A stretch of DNA of 64,000 bases from Fidelibacterota bacterium. GTDB lineage: Bacteria > Fidelibacterota > Fidelibacteria > Fidelibacterales > DSDE01. The stretch is from NCBI GenBank assembly GCA_046735395.1, contig JBJKQR010000012.1:96001-160000 (forward strand), written 5' to 3'. The notes below the pieces were generated by a model. That model saw nothing but the letters and a program-made list of their open reading frames with translations, was not told the origin of the DNA and searched no databases. The position numbers were made by a program, and so were the translations under genes. Shown here in pieces: positions 7,197 through 20,001 of this stretch. Numbering within the stretch: position 1 is the stretch's first letter; each line of letters opens with the position of its first letter.

Positions 7197-9407
7197 TCAG
7201 ACCCTTTCAACGAACTTTTCTGCAATGGCTTTCACGATACCCCCTGAGAAGGCGATTTTCAGGATGCGCTGGTCGCTTTTCTGGATGGACAGGACTTTTC
7301 CCCGTCCGAAGATTTTATGTGAAACCATCATGCCTTTGCTGATCTCGCCCTGATCGGACGAAGCGGAGGAAGGGGTGGCAGAGGTCTGAGTGAATATGCG
7401 TTGGGCCGTGGCCGGTCTCTCCCGGCTGATCCGGGGCTGAGCTGAAGCGGCCTGGACCTGGGCGGGACGCGCGGTTGTTCCGATACTGATGCAGTCCTCC
7501 GGGAGCTCGGCGAGAAAGGAGGACGGATCCTGATACTGTTCCATGCCGTACTTGAGGCGTATCCGCACCGAGCTGATATATACTTTTTCCATGGCCCGGG
7601 TGATCCCCACGTAAAATAAACGCCGCTCTTCTTCTCTTTCTTCCTCGGTGGATTCGCCACCGCGCTGAAGCGGAAAGAGGCCTTCTTCCAGCCCGGGCAG
7701 AAAGACCCGGGGAAATTCCAGGCCTTTGGCGCTGTGCAGCGTCATGAGTACGACCGCGCCGTTTTTTCCGGCTAGCTGGTCTATATCCGTGAGGAGGGAC
7801 ACTTCCTGAAGAAAATCCTCAAGCGTGGCGCCTTCATTCTGGTTTTCGAACTGAATCACACCGTTTACGAATTCTTCCATATTGTCGATGCGGTCCGTAT
7901 CCTGTTCGGTGGCGCCGGCACCCTGATACTGTTTGATCAGACCTGTCCTGTCCAGCATAATCCGGACGAATTCGGAGGGTTTGTAATCGCCTGATTCCTT
8001 TTTTAATGAGACCATGAGAGCCAGGAAATCACGAATTTTACGGGATGCAGGCCCCAGTCCGGCCTCCTCGGGATACTGGAGGCTTTCCCAGATACTGCGG
8101 TCTGTCTGCAGGGCAAAATCCGCCAGCCTGTCCAAAGACACTTTGCCGATTTTTCGTGATGGTGTATTGATGATGCGAAGCAGGGCCGTTCCATCGGAGG
8201 GATTTACCATGACCCGGAGATAGGCCAGCATATCCTTGATTTCCATACGTTCATAAAAGCGGGTGCCACCAATGATGACATAAGGAATCATCCGGTTGCG
8301 CAGGCCCTCTTCAAGAGCCCGTGACTGGGCATTCGTCCGGTAGAGAATGGCATAATCACCCGGCTTTGATCCGTTCAGCATACTGCGCTGTATGGTGGAT
8401 GAGATGAAATCCGCTTCCTTGTAGGCATTATCAAGATAGACAAGATCCAGATTTTCACCGTCAGCATTGTCGGTCCACAATTCCTTGGGATGACGGTAGG
8501 AGTTATGCGCGACAACGGCCGAGGCAGCCCTGAGAATCTTTTTTGTGGACCGGTAATTCTGTTCCAGTTTCACGATCTGCGGATCGGAGAACAGATTTTC
8601 GAATTCAAGAATATGGCGAATTTCAGCGCCGCGCCAGGAATAGATGGACTGGTCATCGTCGCCGACGACACAGATGTTCTGATGGCGCTGGGAAAGCAGC
8701 TCCAGAAACATGAACTGAACCAGATTCGTATCCTGATACTCATCAACCAGAATGTAATCCCAGCGATGCTGATAGCGTTTGAGAATTTCGGGTTGGCTCT
8801 GGAAGAGTTTGACCGGCTCAACGAGAAGGTCATCAAAATCGAAGGCTTCATTTTTTCGAAGAATTTTCTGATAGCGTTCGTAGATATCCCGTTTTTCCTT
8901 TGCCAGCCAGGCGCTGTCATTCTGAAGATCCGAGTGATTCGGGAAACGGAACTGTTGCTTATTCCAGGAAATATAGGACCGAACGGAATTCGGAGAGAGC
9001 GTATCCTTGGATATCTCCAGCTGTTTCATGGCTTCCTTGACCACGGAAAGCGAATCGTCGCTGTCATAAATGGTAAAATTGGATGAAACTCCGAGACGGG
9101 GTGCTTCCTGCCTCAGAAGCCGGGCATTGATGCTGTGAAAGGTGCCCATACTGACCCAGTTGGCCTGTTCGCCCAGAAGGCGCTGGAGCCGTTCCCGCAT
9201 TTCATTGGCGGCCTTATTGGTGAAGGTAACAGCCAGAATACGGTCAGGCGTGGTCTTTTTCTGAGCCAGAATATACGCGATGCGGTGGGTCAGAACCCGG
9301 GTTTTGCCGCTGCCTGCGCCTGCAAAAACGAGAGACGGGCCGTCTGTATTGACAACGGCTTCAACCTGCCGCTGATTCAGATGATTCAGGATGGGATCGG
9401 AATTCAT
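7197..9407 (-). CDS. pcrA: ATP-dependent DNA helicase PcrA/UvrD
   Basis: AGAGSGKT, TFTNKAA, VDEYQDTN, VGDDDQSIY, LEQNYRST, TLHSAKGLEF and EERRLFYV motifs, plus a C-terminal Tudor-like domain. Confidence 0.95.
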   Translation of the reverse strand: MNSDPILNHLNQRQVEAVVNTDGPSLVFAGAGSGKTRVLTHRIAYILAQKKTTPDRILAVTFTNKAANEMRERLQRLLGEQANWVSMGTFHSINARLLRQEAPRLGVSSNFTIYDSDDSLSVVKEAMKQLEISKDTLSPNSVRSYISWNKQQFRFPNHSDLQNDSAWLAKEKRDIYERYQKILRKNEAFDFDDLLVEPVKLFQSQPEILKRYQHRWDYILVDEYQDTNLVQFMFLELLSQRHQNICVVGDDDQSIYSWRGAEIRHILEFENLFSDPQIVKLEQNYRSTKKILRAASAVVAHNSYRHPKELWTDNADGENLDLVYLDNAYKEADFISSTIQRSMLNGSKPGDYAILYRTNAQSRALEEGLRNRMIPYVIIGGTRFYERMEIKDMLAYLRVMVNPSDGTALLRIINTPSRKIGKVSLDRLADFALQTDRSIWESLQYPEEAGLGPASRKIRDFLALMVSLKKESGDYKPSEFVRIMLDRTGLIKQYQGAGATEQDTDRIDNMEEFVNGVIQFENQNEGATLEDFLQEVSLLTDIDQLAGKNGAVVLMTLHSAKGLEFPRVFLPGLEEGLFPLQRGGESTEEEREEERRLFYVGITRAMEKVYISSVRIRLKYGMEQYQDPSSFLAELPEDCISIGTTARPAQVQAASAQPRISRERPATAQRIFTQTSATPSSASSDQGEISKGMMVSHKIFGRGKVLSIQKSDQRILKIAFSGGIVKAIAEKFVERV

Positions 9408-10450
9408 TATTTCCTGTTCTGTAGTTTTTTCTGCCAGTATATTTTTCGCCGGTACTTATCAAATTTTTCCTTGGCGCGGTTATGTTCCTCCAGAGTGCGG
9501 GAAAAATGGTGGCTTCCGTCCCCGATTGCGACAAAGTACAGATAGGAATCATGGCTAGGATACAGGGCTGCACGAATAGCCTGAATGCCCGGGTTGTTGA
9601 TGGGGCCGGGAGGCAGGCCGTAATGGAGATAGGTATTGTAAGGGGATTCGAGGGCCAGGTGACGGTTTCTCAAGCGCTTGTCGGGCCCCGGAATGATGTA
9701 TTGGATAGTAGGATCCGCCTGCAGTTTCATCCGTTTGCGGAGACGGTTCCAGTACACCGCGGACACGATGGGCATTTCCCGGTCGATGATGACTTCGCCC
9801 TGAATAATGCTGGCCATGGCCAGTATGGAATTGAGTGTCAGATGGAGACTGTCGCAGGACCTGAGAATTTCGTTCCGGTTCAGCACGTCCGTGAAATGGG
9901 CCGTCATCCGGCTGATCACATCCTCCGCATCCATATCCTCATAGAAAAAGTAGGTATCCGGATAGAGGCAGCCCTCCAGGGAATTCAGCTTCATGGTCGG
10001 TGGAATAAAATGCTGAACCGAATCCTTCCAGCTCATGAATTCGTCCGGATCAATCTCCAGTTCACGATGGAACAAATCTGCGATTTCCGTCATCTCCATG
10101 CCTTCGGGAATGGTAATCCGTATCTGTTTCTGGCTGGCGTGGCTCAGATGCCGGACCATATCGAAATAATTCAGTCCGCCGGGAATGTTGAAGGATCCGG
10201 CCTGAAGGCCCGTGACCATATTCATTGCCTTTGCAGACATGTAGAACTGCTGCCGGGAGCGAATCAGCCCATGTGCTTCCAGAGTATCCATGATCGCGGA
10301 GAAGGAAGTGCCCCGGGGTATTTTAAAAGTGATTTTCGGAGATGGAGCGAGGGGATTTGCCGGTGCAAAGAGATAGAGATAAAATGATAACAGGATCACT
10401 ATGAAACTGGTAACAAAAAACAGTGAAAGAAGAAGGGCTGCTCTTTTCAT
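9407..10450 (-). CDS. mltG: Endolytic transglycosylase MltG
   Basis: TIPEG, LEGCLYPDTY, ASIIQGE, LQADPT, SPYNTY, GLPPGPINNPG and YLYFV motifs. Confidence 0.93.
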   Translation of the reverse strand: MKRAALLLSLFFVTSFIVILLSFYLYLFAPANPLAPSPKITFKIPRGTSFSAIMDTLEAHGLIRSRQQFYMSAKAMNMVTGLQAGSFNIPGGLNYFDMVRHLSHASQKQIRITIPEGMEMTEIADLFHRELEIDPDEFMSWKDSVQHFIPPTMKLNSLEGCLYPDTYFFYEDMDAEDVISRMTAHFTDVLNRNEILRSCDSLHLTLNSILAMASIIQGEVIIDREMPIVSAVYWNRLRKRMKLQADPTIQYIIPGPDKRLRNRHLALESPYNTYLHYGLPPGPINNPGIQAIRAALYPSHDSYLYFVAIGDGSHHFSRTLEEHNRAKEKFDKYRRKIYWQKKLQNRK

Positions 10451-10495
10451 CAGGGATCGTCTGATTCGATTATGGGTTAGGGGCCAGACAGATTT

Positions 10496-12401
<1,906 letters not shown>

Positions 12402-12732
12402 TCTTTTCCTTTTATTGTGAATATTATCCATGGCAAGGCTGATCTGTCATCGCTTTTGCCATTTTCATGGGGCCAGCCCATCCATACATCTGCCATAGCG
12501 GATCCGTGATGACAGGGCATTTTCGACAGCTGCATCATCCTTAATGAAAAGGATCGATTGAGGATTGCCGTTGTTGTGTGTACGGGAAAAATCATAGGTC
12601 CAAATTAACTGATTTTTATTGAAATTTTCAAGTTGATAAGAAAATAATCAATGATGGATCCGGAATCTGCGCCCTGTTTCATCCCTGCGAATATAAGGAG
12701 GATGATCAGAATGCCGGTATTATAAATACTAT

Positions 12733-13506
12733 CTAAGCGTTTCTGCCTGAGAGATACCTGTACAGTTCGGTTCGCAGGGTCGGTTCGTTGATACCCCGCG
12801 AGAGGACGCCGTTGAAGGCGATGGATACTTTTCCGGATTCCTCCGAGACGATGATGATGAAGGCGTCGCTCTCCTCGGACAGGCCGAGGGCTGCCAGGTG
12901 GCGGGTCCCGATCGTGGGATCTATGTCGAGGTTCTCACTCAGGGGCAAAATACATTTTGCGGCGACGATCTTATCCTGATAGACAACGATGGCGCCGTCA
13001 TGCAGGGGACTGAGAGTATTGAAAATGGAAAAAATAAGCTGGTTTGACAGCTGACTGTTCAGGGTGACGCCTTTTTCAACGATGGCTTTCAGGCCGAAGT
13101 CACGCATGACGACAATGAGAGCGCCCACTTTCTTCTTCTGCAGCTCAAACACAGAGTAGATCAGTTCTTCTGCCGCATTGCTGCTGTCATCGGAAATCAG
13201 TTTGCGGATCACAGGGTTCTGCCCGATATACATGAGAATTCGTCGGAGTTCAGGCTGGAAGACGATGGCGAAGAGAATGACCCACACCGTCTGAAAACTG
13301 CCGATAAGCCAGGCCAGGGCTCTCAGGTTCAGGACCTGGGCGAATACGCCCATGATGAGCAGAATAATCATACCGATGAGCATCTGGCTGGCGCGGGTAT
13401 TTTTGAAGAGGGCGTAAATGCCGTAAATGATGAAGGCCACGAGCAGGATATCGATGATATCCAGCAGCGTCACGGTGATGAAATCAATTTTGAAAAGATT
13501 GATCAT
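12733..13506 (-). CDS. cdaA: Diadenylate cyclase CdaA/DacA
   Basis: Three N-terminal TM helices, FQPELRR, PLHDGA, GTRHLAA and VSEESG motifs. Confidence 0.93.
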   Translation of the reverse strand: MINLFKIDFITVTLLDIIDILLVAFIIYGIYALFKNTRASQMLIGMIILLIMGVFAQVLNLRALAWLIGSFQTVWVILFAIVFQPELRRILMYIGQNPVIRKLISDDSSNAAEELIYSVFELQKKKVGALIVVMRDFGLKAIVEKGVTLNSQLSNQLIFSIFNTLSPLHDGAIVVYQDKIVAAKCILPLSENLDIDPTIGTRHLAALGLSEESDAFIIIVSEESGKVSIAFNGVLSRGINEPTLRTELYRYLSGRNA

Positions 13507-14339
13507 GGCGATTCCTGTTTGAGTCGGTCTGTGATATCCAGCGCTCGTCTGCAGGCCAGTACATCGTGAACACGGAACAGAGAGGCACCGTTCATTGCTG
13601 ACACGGTAACGGCGGCCAGTGTACCCTCCAGACGGTCATTGACCGGCGCGCCGGTGAGTTCCCCGATGAAGGATTTTCTCGAGACACCCATCAGAATCGG
13701 TTTACCCAGGTCCAGGAATGAATGGAGCTCCCGGATGATGGTCAGATTATCATTGAGGCGTTTTCCGAAGCCGATGCCCGGATCCACAGCGAGGCTGTCC
13801 GGGGATATGCCGGCTTTTTCCGCAATGCTGATGGAGGTTTTCAGATAATTCATTATTTCACCGATCACGTCATCATAATGGGGAGAGGCCTGCATGGTGC
13901 GGGGCACACCCTGTATGTGCATGAGAACCGCCGCTCCCTTATGCCGGGCGACGATGGGAGCGATCTCCGGATGAAACTGCATGCCGCTGATGTCATTCAG
14001 AATGGCGGCACCGGCGGCAAAAGCTGCATCTGCTACTGCCGGCTTGACGGTATCAATGGAAATGAGCGGACAGACATGGCGAAGTTTTTCGATAACGGGA
14101 ATAACGCGGTCCAGTTCTTCATTCAGTGACACTTCCGCCGCGCCGGGCCGGGTGGATTCTCCACCGATATCAATGATGTCCGCGCCGTCCGTCACCATTT
14201 TTTCCGCATGCCGAAGGGCCGCATCAGGGGTGGAAAAACGTCCGCCGTCGGAAAATGAATCCGGTGTCACATTGAGAATGCCCATGACGACACTGCGGTG
14301 GTCAAGATCAAGTACGCTGTCCCTGATGATGAGCTTCAT
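13503..14339 (-). CDS. folP: Dihydropteroate synthase
   Basis: MGILNVTPDSFSDGG, GGESTRPG, DPGIGFGK, GVSRKSF and RVHDV motifs. Confidence 0.97.
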   Translation of the reverse strand: MKLIIRDSVLDLDHRSVVMGILNVTPDSFSDGGRFSTPDAALRHAEKMVTDGADIIDIGGESTRPGAAEVSLNEELDRVIPVIEKLRHVCPLISIDTVKPAVADAAFAAGAAILNDISGMQFHPEIAPIVARHKGAAVLMHIQGVPRTMQASPHYDDVIGEIMNYLKTSISIAEKAGISPDSLAVDPGIGFGKRLNDNLTIIRELHSFLDLGKPILMGVSRKSFIGELTGAPVNDRLEGTLAAVTVSAMNGASLFRVHDVLACRRALDITDRLKQESP

Positions 14340-14361
14340 GGGCCTGTCCGGGGTTTCTGTA

Positions 14362-16452
14362 TCAGGAAAGAGACGAATCCGATTCGGGAGCAGGATCTAT
14401 GGTCTCTGAACCGGTTCCTGCTTCTGATTTCTCACCTTTACTGATCAGTTCCATGAGTTCCTCGCGATCAAGAATCTCCTTCTCCAGGAGTTTCGTCGCG
14501 ATGATATGCAGTAGAGAAATATTTTCGGCCAGGAGTTTGCGGGTTTCTTCGTGTGCAGTATTGACCAATTTGGAAATTTCTTCATCAATGATTTTCGCCG
14601 TTTCGTTGCTGTGTTCGGCAGACCGTGCGAATTCCCGGCCCAGGAAAATTTCCTCATCTTTTTTACCGAAGGAAAGCGGCCCGAGGCGATCGGACATACC
14701 CCATTCGCAGACCATTTTCTTGGCAAGCTGGGTCGCCCGTTCGATATCGTTGCCGGCGCCCGTGGAGATTTCGCCGAAAATCAGTTCTTCAGCGGTGCGG
14801 CCACCGAGCAGGACAGACAGCTGCAGTGTGATGAAGGATTTTGTATAATTATGCTTTTCATCCGTGGGAAGGGTGTGGGTGACGCCCAGCGCCCGTCCGC
14901 GGGGAATGATGGTCACTTTGTGAATGGGATCTGATTTGGGATTGAGCAGGCCGACGAGAGCGTGGCCGGCTTCGTGATAGGCCGTGATCTTCTTTTCCTC
15001 ATCGGAAATGATCATACTGCGGCGTTCAGTTCCCATCATGACCTTGTCCTTGGCGTTCTCAAAATCATTCATATCCACTTCGGTCTTATTCTCTCTGGCT
15101 GCCAGAAGCGCGGCCTCATTCACCAGATTTGCCAGATCGGCTCCCACCAGGCCGGGAGTTCCCTTGGCGAGAATTTCCAGATTCACGGAGGGGGAGACTT
15201 TGATATTCTTGACATGGACTTTCAGGATGCCTTCCCGTCCCTTCACGTCCGGGACGTCCACGACGATCTGACGATCGAAGCGTCCGGGGCGGAGCAGTGC
15301 CTTGTCCAGGATATCCGGGCGGTTTGTGGCTGCAATGACAATGATGCTGGTATCGGAATCAAATCCATCCATCTGGACCAGAAGCTGGTTCAGGGTCTGT
15401 TCCCGTTCATCATGGCCGCCGCCGAGTCCGGCTCCGCGCTGCCGGCCTACGGCATCGATCTCATCGATGAATACAATACAGGGAGAATTTTTCTGAGCCT
15501 GATCGAAAAGATCCCGCACGCGGCTGGCGCCGACGCCGACAAACATTTCCACGAAGTCCGCACCGGAAATGGAGAAGAAGGGAACGCCCGCTTCTCCGGC
15601 CGCAGCCTTGGCGAGCAGGGTCTTGCCGGTTCCGGGAGGGCCCAGGAGCAGCGCGCCCTTGGGGATTTTTCCGCCCAGGGTCTGAAAACGTTTGGGATCC
15701 TTGAGAAATTCGATGATCTCCTGAAGCTCATACTTGGCTTCGTCACAGCCGGCCACGTCATTGAAGGTGACTTTCGGCATGTCGGGATTGAGCATGCGGG
15801 CAGGACTCTTGCCAAAACTGAAAATGCCCTTTCCGCTGGGACCGCCCTGAAGACGGCGCATCCAGAACAGCCAGAGGCCCAGAATGAGCACCCAGGGAAT
15901 AAAATTGATCAGGACATCCGTCCAGTTCGTGGTCTGCTGCTTGAAGGTATACTGAATTCCCTTTTCATCCCATTTGCTGATCATTTCATTGTCAACGAAG
16001 GGGAGGACGGTGACGAAATTCTTGTAATGATATTCCTTTCCTGCGACCATCATACTCTGGGATTCCTTGAGCACGCCATGAAAATGGGGGCCGATGATCT
16101 CGCCCTTCTGAACCAGATCGGTATTGACATAGGTCTGGAACTGGGTGAAGGAAATTTCCTGTTCGCCGATTGTATTGCTAGCCATCATATTAGCCATGAC
16201 AATGACCGATATGATGATGAAAATCCAGATAAGCGGCGTCTTGGTCGCTTTCTTCCAGTTGAAATTCTCATTCGGATCGGGCATGGGCGGAATCTGCCGT
16301 TTCTCATCCCTGTTGGATGAGGATTCCGGATTTCTGGGCCGGATCACCTTCTTCTTTACAGTTTTTGTCGATTTGCCGGTGCGGGGTGACTCTGAGGGAT
16401 CCTCCCGCCGGTCCAAATCTTTTTCCGGACGTTCAGGGTCTTTATTCGTCAT
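14362..16452 (-). CDS. ftsH: ATP-dependent zinc metalloprotease FtsH
   Basis: Two TM helices, [19 protein letters not shown] (ATNRPD...RPGRFDR) and HEAGH. Confidence 0.98.
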   Translation of the reverse strand: MTNKDPERPEKDLDRREDPSESPRTGKSTKTVKKKVIRPRNPESSSNRDEKRQIPPMPDPNENFNWKKATKTPLIWIFIIISVIVMANMMASNTIGEQEISFTQFQTYVNTDLVQKGEIIGPHFHGVLKESQSMMVAGKEYHYKNFVTVLPFVDNEMISKWDEKGIQYTFKQQTTNWTDVLINFIPWVLILGLWLFWMRRLQGGPSGKGIFSFGKSPARMLNPDMPKVTFNDVAGCDEAKYELQEIIEFLKDPKRFQTLGGKIPKGALLLGPPGTGKTLLAKAAAGEAGVPFFSISGADFVEMFVGVGASRVRDLFDQAQKNSPCIVFIDEIDAVGRQRGAGLGGGHDEREQTLNQLLVQMDGFDSDTSIIVIAATNRPDILDKALLRPGRFDRQIVVDVPDVKGREGILKVHVKNIKVSPSVNLEILAKGTPGLVGADLANLVNEAALLAARENKTEVDMNDFENAKDKVMMGTERRSMIISDEEKKITAYHEAGHALVGLLNPKSDPIHKVTIIPRGRALGVTHTLPTDEKHNYTKSFITLQLSVLLGGRTAEELIFGEISTGAGNDIERATQLAKKMVCEWGMSDRLGPLSFGKKDEEIFLGREFARSAEHSNETAKIIDEEISKLVNTAHEETRKLLAENISLLHIIATKLLEKEILDREELMELISKGEKSEAGTGSETIDPAPESDSSLS

Positions 16453-17035
16453 CTTTTTTCCTTATTTTCTCTAAATCTTCAGGCGAGAAAGCATAGATGT
16501 CTCGCAGCTGTCGGTAACATTGATTGATGTCCAGTCCATAGCCGATGACAAACTGGTCCTGTATCTCGAAGCCGACATAATCAGGTTCGGCGTCAAGTTC
16601 GGCCATTCCCCGTTTATACAGCAGGGTGGCGACACGCAGTGACGCGGGGGAATTATTCAGCAGGTGCTTGCGCAGATAATTCATGCTGAGGCCCGTATCA
16701 ATGATATCTTCCACGACGATGATGTCCCGATTGAAAATGCTGGCCGAAATATCCTTGATCATGGAAATGGTGCCGGTGCTCTGTGTTTTCTGATAAGAGG
16801 AGATCTTCAGGAAATCCATTTCCGCCTCAATGGTCATGGAGCGGAGCAGATCTGCCATGAAATAGAAACTTCCGTTCAGGACCCCGATCAGGATAGGCGG
16901 CTGCTCGGAACCGGCCAGGTCCGCGCTGATCTGCTGTCCGAGATCTGATAAACGAGACTGAATCTGCGCTTCGGAAAACAACAGGGGCAGCTTGTATCCT
17001 TTAAAGGGTTCGCTGGGAATTTCAAAAAAACGCAT
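16442..17035 (-). CDS. hpt: Hypoxanthine phosphoribosyltransferase
   Basis: GVLNGS, VEDIIDTG and FVIGYGLD motifs. Lies in tilS-hpt-ftsH synteny. Confidence 0.95.
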   Translation of the reverse strand: MRFFEIPSEPFKGYKLPLLFSEAQIQSRLSDLGQQISADLAGSEQPPILIGVLNGSFYFMADLLRSMTIEAEMDFLKISSYQKTQSTGTISMIKDISASIFNRDIIVVEDIIDTGLSMNYLRKHLLNNSPASLRVATLLYKRGMAELDAEPDYVGFEIQDQFVIGYGLDINQCYRQLRDIYAFSPEDLEKIRKKDDE

Positions 17036-17039
17036 CCTC

Positions 17040-18458
17040 TCATCCTTTCACATAATTAATCCGAAAATTTAAGAAAATCAGGCCTGTATTACCAGCAGTC
17101 AATTGATAAAAGCGGCTTCTTTTGACACAGGGTATCCACAGAATACGATCACCGGAGAGGAGAACGGGGTAAACGCGCCGGGTTAAAACGGGTAATTTTT
17201 CCTTGGTGAGAATATTTGACACTTTATGTGAAACCGTAGAGCCCCAGGGAATAAGGCGGTCGCCGGGTTCCCAGGGCCTGACGCTCAGGCCTTCTTTCAG
17301 AATCTCCGCGGGAAACCAGACGCCGCAGGCATCCCCGCTGAAAGTGCCGGGCAGCTGTGTTCGTTTTTCGATGCTGAGCGTTCCGACTCCGGGAACAGGA
17401 TACTCGCCTGGTTTATCAATGAAAAAGGGCTCATAGGCAGGCTGAGGTGAGGAAAAGATGCAGCGGTCTCTGTCCAGCGTGCAAACCAGACCGGAACCCA
17501 ATGAAAAACTTTTTCCCGTGCTGCCCTGCTCGATGAACTGCAGAAGTTTGCTGCGGGTTCTGCGTGATACGTGATGTATATGTGGAAACCGGGTTCGCAG
17601 GAGCTGATCAAGAAGGATGACGCGTGATTCAGGGGGCAGATCCAACCATCGCGATCGTTGAACTACGCTACGGTTTTCATCCGCTGTGATATGCCTCTGA
17701 AGAAAATCACTGACAAATGCTTCCAGGCCACTTTTGTAGACATTGAAGGACTGAGCGGATTTGAGCAGAGCTTCGCTGAAGGATGTAAATCCCATTTTTT
17801 CAATGAGGGGAAGGAGTTCGAGGCGGATTTTATTTCGTTTGAAATGGGCCTGTTCATTGCTGCTGTCATCTAAATATTCGATTCCGTGCTTTTCCAGATA
17901 GGCATTGATCTCAGAACGGTTAAAATTCAGAATTGGCCGGCAGCCGAGCGGGCCCAGCCACTGAATTCCCTGAAGGCCCATGAATTCAGCGCCGCTGAGG
18001 AGGCGGTAGAGCAGCGTTTCCACCTGATCATCCCGGTGATGAGCCGTCAGGATCAGGCCGGCGTCAAGATCGGTCCGCAGTTCGGACAGAAGGTCGTACC
18101 TGAGCTGCCTGGCATTCGCCTCAATCCCAAGGTCGTTCTGTTCTGCCCTTTCCTTCACGGGCAGAGAATGAATCTGAAGCGGGAGGCCGACGGTCTGGGC
18201 AAAATGGCGGCACCAGTCATCTTCCTGCTCATCCTCCGCAGGGCGGAGCCCGTGATTGAAGCGGATCAGCGTGATATCCAGCTGATAGCGATCCTGAAGT
18301 TCCAGAAGCAGGTGGCAGAGAAATACGGAGTCCCGGCCGCCACTGAAGGCCAGCAAAACCTTGCTGCCTTCAGACCAGAGCGTATGGTCCCGGATATTCT
18401 GATGGAGTTTATTCGCTTCGGCTGACCAGTTCACACCCGAATATAGCAGTTTCGCCAT
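17040..18458 (-). CDS. tilS: tRNA(Ile)-lysidine synthetase (start uncertain)
   Basis: AFSGGRDS, NHGLR, ARQLRY, TAHHRDDQVET, DSSN and RNKIR motifs, plus a C-terminal TilS_C domain. Confidence 0.93.
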   Translation of the reverse strand: MAKLLYSGVNWSAEANKLHQNIRDHTLWSEGSKVLLAFSGGRDSVFLCHLLLELQDRYQLDITLIRFNHGLRPAEDEQEDDWCRHFAQTVGLPLQIHSLPVKERAEQNDLGIEANARQLRYDLLSELRTDLDAGLILTAHHRDDQVETLLYRLLSGAEFMGLQGIQWLGPLGCRPILNFNRSEINAYLEKHGIEYLDDSSNEQAHFKRNKIRLELLPLIEKMGFTSFSEALLKSAQSFNVYKSGLEAFVSDFLQRHITADENRSVVQRSRWLDLPPESRVILLDQLLRTRFPHIHHVSRRTRSKLLQFIEQGSTGKSFSLGSGLVCTLDRDRCIFSSPQPAYEPFFIDKPGEYPVPGVGTLSIEKRTQLPGTFSGDACGVWFPAEILKEGLSVRPWEPGDRLIPWGSTVSHKVSNILTKEKLPVLTRRVYPVLLSGDRILWIPCVKRSRFYQLTAGNTGLIFLNFRINYVKG

Positions 18459-18560
18459 TTTAATGCCAACGACAAAACCGGCAGGAAGAATCTGGCCGGT
18501 CCTCAACGTTATGCTGTATTTCGTAGCCGTCCGAAGCGGTCACGGTGAGTTGGATCAGTT

Positions 18561-19925
18561 TTAAAATACGTAATTGAAACGAAGGGAGACAAAGTCCTTG
18601 TCGTCATACTGTCCGAAGACAGAGCCGTCGGGGCCATGAAAGCGGCGCAGCAGAGCCGACAGGGTGAGCTGATCACTCAGGGCATAATCGGCCTTGAAGG
18701 TGAACATGCCATCCTTGCTGTCATTTCTGACGACCATCTGAATTTCACTTTTCAGTTTTTCACGAAAAAAGGAATCTCCCACCCGGAAGGAAATGAGGTC
18801 ATTTTTCCAGTAATCATTCAGATTGATGGAGGCAAAGGAGGGATCCAGCCCGAGAGAGCCGACAAAATACTGCATATTGGTGGCATTCTGCGCCTGCAGT
18901 ACCGAATTCTCCTGAACCGCGTAATCCTTCAGGCCCTGAATATTGACGCTGAGATGATGGATGGGGAGATTCACGTCCATTCCCAGAAGCAGGCTCCATT
19001 TGGGATTGAGAATATCGTAGTGAATTCCCTTCGGGTCATCCGTCCAGGTCCGGCTCATTTCACCCTTGAAATCGATGCCATAAAAGGCCGTGCTCCATTC
19101 CAGACCTATAACGCGGATATCATTATTGATGAGATTGATACGGTGAGGAAGGCCCTGTGCATCGGTTTCCGACAGTGAGAAGGAGGGAATGCGGCTTTTA
19201 CCGCGGTAGCCCGAGATACCGTAATCCAGTCCTCCCAGTGACTGGGTCCAGCGAAAGGCTGCCTGCCCGTCGTCGAGACGGCTGTAGTCCGTTTCAACAA
19301 CGGCAATATCATGAGCCTGGAGGGTGGGTGCGGCCGACGCAAGAATTTTCAGATAATCCGGCGCCCAGGGGCCACTGTCGGGAAACTGCATGGGAGTGAA
19401 TGAGGGCGTCACCACGATTTCCAGTTTGGCATTCATGGAATAGGGTCCCACGATCAGGGAGGCGTGAAGCATATCCTCGGCGCGGCGGCGCTTCAGATAG
19501 TCGGGGAAAATGAAATCATAATAGTCATCGGCATTGATGTAATCCACCACATGCAGCTGATCGCCCTTGCCCCAGATGAGCTTCATCCGGCCTGCATCCA
19601 GCTGAAGACGTCCCATGAACGCGGTGGCCTTCAGTTCCGTCAGAAGCGGCGTATTTGTGTTATCATCGAGGCGCAGCTGGGCAGAAAAGGCGGATTTTTC
19701 GCTTCCCGAATTCAGGTTCAGGTCCAGGCCCTGCAACAGGTTCCATTCTCCTGACATGGCAGTACTGTAAAAGATGCGCGGTTCAAATTCATAATTTCCG
19801 GATAGAGTCAGTCCGGCGATTGTTTTGCCGCTTTCCTCTGCTGTGTCCCATGATCCCTCGTCAAAGGCTGACTGAGCCTGAAGGATCATCGCAGACAGCA
19901 GAAACGCTGTGCAGATTTTTTTCAT
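18561..19925 (-). CDS. Outer-membrane beta-barrel protein (DUF1302-like)
   Basis: Signal peptide, GRMKLIWGKGD, alternating beta strands and C-terminal FGQYD...RFNYVF. Confidence 0.7.
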   Translation of the reverse strand: MKKICTAFLLSAMILQAQSAFDEGSWDTAEESGKTIAGLTLSGNYEFEPRIFYSTAMSGEWNLLQGLDLNLNSGSEKSAFSAQLRLDDNTNTPLLTELKATAFMGRLQLDAGRMKLIWGKGDQLHVVDYINADDYYDFIFPDYLKRRRAEDMLHASLIVGPYSMNAKLEIVVTPSFTPMQFPDSGPWAPDYLKILASAAPTLQAHDIAVVETDYSRLDDGQAAFRWTQSLGGLDYGISGYRGKSRIPSFSLSETDAQGLPHRINLINNDIRVIGLEWSTAFYGIDFKGEMSRTWTDDPKGIHYDILNPKWSLLLGMDVNLPIHHLSVNIQGLKDYAVQENSVLQAQNATNMQYFVGSLGLDPSFASINLNDYWKNDLISFRVGDSFFREKLKSEIQMVVRNDSKDGMFTFKADYALSDQLTLSALLRRFHGPDGSVFGQYDDKDFVSLRFNYVF

Positions 19926-20001
19926 TGATATTCTCCGAATGGAAGGTGAGATGGGAATTCAGGAGTACCGTTTCCTGAGCCGGGTTTCCGTGAATTCGAA
20001 T

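Noticed and set aside
14962..16320. 452-aa + strand ORF antisense to ftsH
   Set aside because: It is a shadow of codon bias in a conserved gene and has no recognisable motifs.
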